From Stegostoma tigrinum (lineage: Eukaryota), in the NCBI RefSeq assembly GCF_030684315.1, contig NC_081369.1:9524035-9588034 (forward strand): a stretch of DNA of 64,000 nucleotides, given 5' to 3'. The notes under the pieces are model-generated. The model searched no databases. It was given only the letters and a program-made list of their open reading frames with translations, and was not told the origin of the DNA. A program made the translations under genes and the position numbers. Each line of letters begins with the position of its first letter. The stretch's first letter is position 1. Positions 60,680 to 64,000 of the stretch are shown here, piece by piece.

Positions 60680-62900
60680 GTAGAATTGTTATTCCAAGTT
60701 CTTCCTTCTTTTGTTGAATTTAAACTATAGTTTTGAATACATTGTGTTTTGCTTAATATCAACTAGATTGACCATTCCAATTGCATTTGGACACAGCATC
60801 TCCCATTTACCGTTAAAATAAGAAAATGTTAGGTTCTGGGCTCAAAAGCAGAAATTGCTGGAATAGCTCAGCAGCTCTGGCAGCATCTGTGGAGAGAGAA
60901 CAGAGTGAGTGCTTTGGTTCAAGTTATCTTTCCTCAGAACTGAGGGTCTACATTACATTCTTAATACATTTTGACGGCTGGTCCATAGCAGTGTCCTTGT
61001 GAATATGCACATCCATTGTTTTTACTTCCTCTCCTTTAGAGGATTGTGTAGACAAGTATAACTGCTGTTAGTATTCATTGACTCACAGTTACTATTGATG
61101 TATCCGTTCATTTAAAGCAAGGCCCTGAAATCATGACTGCCACCAAAAACCGAGCCATTACCTTCTCCTGCACATTCCCTCTTCTGAAATAATCTAGCAG
61201 TGAATGTTTGCTTGATGAATCTTGGTGACACGACAATGCTGGGAACAGGACTAAATGAAGGAAAGAATTTCACACCAAAAAGGGCAATGGCTCTTTGCAG
61301 CTGCTCAACATTAAGTGTGAAAGATGCATGGATCTATTTCTATGGAGTGTCATTTTAAAGCAAAGTAATTGGTAACTGGATTGCATCTCTGTTCATTGCA
61401 CATGATATGTATGATTACAGGAAAGAGATGAATAAGATGAGAATGCCCCACAACTCTGTTATAGCATTAGTGCAGGTTAGATTAGAATTGAATTGGTAAA
61501 CCGCTCAGATTTGGGTGTGGAGGTTTAACATAAAGCCTAATTGAAAGGAGAATGCTTGGAATTTAATTCCTTAAAATTGATTTTTGATGGAATGTTCTTG
61601 CAAAAAAATTGCAGAAAAATGCATTTGTGTATTCAAAAGCTAAATTCCTGTCTATCTAAGGCACTCTTCTCCTCTTTAAAATATTTACAGTGCAAAATCA
61701 CGTACAGTTGCTTTATGGAAACGTTTAGTCAGTAGTATGAAAAAAAGGAGATAGTGATGCACAATTTGTATTTTATTAATATAATGAAGCTTACAGAACT
61801 AATGTTAATGCAGGATGTTGCGTACCTCAGAAGTAAAGAATGTCGACTTATAAATATTTTAGAAATTAACTCGATTAAAAACGTCTAAAACAATTCCATG
61901 CCATAATCTTAATCTGATCAGATTTCTCTTCATGACCTTCAAGATAATGTTGTATTTGTGGTATTTCTTGGTCTCGAGAAATGTTAAAAAGATAAATTTT
62001 CACATCGTGGAAAATGTACTGCCTAGGTACGAATAATCAACAGTTCCTGCTTCATACAAACAGTATTTAATACCAAAAAGGGATCAACCATTTCAATTGA
62101 AGAATCACTCTTCCTTAATCGTAACTGAGAAGCATATAAAATGAGAAGAGTAGTAGGCTATTTGACCCATGAATAGAGACAATTTATTTAATTCATCAGC
62201 TTGTATTTATAAACTACACATTCTTTTTGGGTAAGATTTCCAAATGCTTGGAAATGATGCAACCACATTATGGAGAATTGTTAATGATTGAGAGCAACAT
62301 TTATGTAATTGGGAAGATAATTGACAAAGGAGAGGTAATACTGAAAATATTGTACATTCAGTGAAAGTACTTAAAGGAGCAATACTTTGGATTAAATATA
62401 AGTTTCGCAGAATGTTCAGAACAATGACTCGGAACTTCACATGAGAATAACATCTTCAACTGTCCAGAGAACAAGAGTGAATTATTGATAAACCAAGTGG
62501 ATGAAGAGCCAAATCAACATTTCCAGATAAGGACAGAGATTTCTGAAGCTTTGTGATGATCTGTTAAGAGCACTGCACAATGGGGATCATCATTTCACAA
62601 AAGACAAAGGCACTTGCACTGAACTGGGTGAATCCAAGTGTTATAGAAATGTTGGAAGATGTAAGAGTCTATAGATTGGGAGAGAAGGGAAAAAGAAATG
62701 TGATACAGTTAAGACACATTCAGCATTGATTCAGAACAATGGGCCCTTTGTTTAAATTAACAAAACTAATTTTTAAATTGAAAATTAGCCAAACACTCAC
62801 TTATAAATATTTAGAGAACTTGCCATGGTTAAATGTGGATGAATGAAATTCTACATCAACAGGAATCATGAAAGAGTGAGATAACTTTTCTTGCTCTTGA

Positions 62901-64000
62901 CTATTTTAAAGATTTAGGGAGCATAGGATGGGGAAGGAAACTGCAGGGGATGGGCACATTAGAAATGTGGAGCTTATTCAAGGAAAAGCTCCTGTGTGTC
63001 CTAGATAAGTATGTACCTGTCAGGCAGGGAAGAAGCTGTAGAGTGCGGGAGCCGTGGTTTACGAAGGAGGTGGAATCTCTCTTCAAGAGGAAGAAGAAGA
63101 CTTATGTTAGGATGAGATGTGAAGGCTCAGTTAGGGCACTTGAGGGCTACGAGGTAGCCAGGAAAGACACAAAGAGAGAGCTCAGAAGAGCCAGGAGGAG
63201 ACATGAAAAGTTGTTGGCGGATAGAATCAGGGTAAACCCTGAGGCTTTCTATAGGTATTTAAGGAGTAAAAGAATGACGAAAGTAAGATTAGGCCCAATC
63301 AAGGATAGTAGTGGTAAGTTGTGTGTGGAGTCAGATGAGATAGGGGAAGCGCTAAATGAATATTTTTCAACAGTATTCACTCTAGAAAATGAAAATGTTG
63401 TCGAGGAGTATATTGAGATACAGGCTACTAGACTAGGTGGGATTGAGGTTCACAAGGAAGAGGTATTAGAAATCCTACAGAGAGTGAAGATAGATAAGTC
63501 CCCTGGGCCGGATGGGATTTATCCTCGGATCCTCTGGGAAGCCAGGGAGGAGATTGCTGAGCCTTTGGCATTGATCTTTAACTCGTCATTGCCTACAGGA
63601 ATAGTGTCAGATGACTGGAGGATAGCAAATGTGGTTCCCCTGTTCAAGAAAGGGAGTAGAGACCACCCTGGTAATTATAGACCAGTGAGCCTTATCTCAG
63701 TTGTTGTAAAGTGTTGGAAAAGGTTATAAGGGATAGGATTTATAATCATCTAGAAAAGAATAAATTGATTAGGTATAGTCAGCACGGTTTTGCGAAGGGA
63801 AGGTCGTGCCTCACAAACCTTATTGAGTTCTTTGAGAAGGTGACCAAACAGGCAGATGAGAGTAAACCGGTTGATGTGGTGTATATGGATTTGGGCAAGG
63901 CGTTCGATAAGGTTCCCCACAATAGGCTATTGTACAAAATGCGGAGGAATGGATTTGTGGGTGATATAGCAGTTTGGATCGGAAATTGGGTTGCTGAAAG
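62901..64000 (+). mobile_element. CR1 LINE ORF2 (linker and RT N-terminus), young, runs off the window
   Basis: KSPGPDGIYPRIL, DWRIANVVPLFKKG..PGNYRPVSL; after a frameshift, SQHGF.KGRSCLTNLIEFF..VDVVYMD..KAFDKVPH. Confidence 0.97.

Overview
This is eukaryotic, repeat-rich vertebrate DNA, almost certainly from a shark or ray. The evidence is HE1-type V-SINEs, elasmobranch CR1 LINEs, Penelope-like elements and Gypsy relics; the species cannot be determined from sequence alone. No prokaryotic features are present, and most ORFs in the track are transposon fragments or noise. The one convincing intact gene is a spliced, non-rearranging immunoglobulin-superfamily receptor on the + strand (CDS 7712-13866, about 325 aa predicted). 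Its exons are: leader, a single-exon germline-joined V(J) domain, an antigen-receptor-type C1 domain, a transmembrane (TM) exon with an Arg, and three short cytoplasmic exons. The C1 exon ends at a GC splice donor. An ITIM-like motif (MTYSPL) survives in the last exon but is out of frame in every splice combination I can build. Around this gene are decayed relatives, read by eye across stops and frameshifts: a convergent minus-strand pseudogene with V/J, C1, TM and Tyr-motif exons (16.3-21.5 kb), two leader+VJ pseudogenes (33.0-33.4 and 35.3-36.0 kb), and weaker V, C1 and TM relics at about 1.6, 31.7-32.8, 44-46.4 and 50.9 kb. The window therefore looks like a birth-and-death cluster of germline VJ-C1 (antigen-receptor-precursor/NKp30-like) paired receptors. 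It is embedded in transposons, several of them foldback Penelope termini carrying minimal hammerhead ribozyme motifs. Exon boundaries were read base by base; repeat boundaries are approximate.
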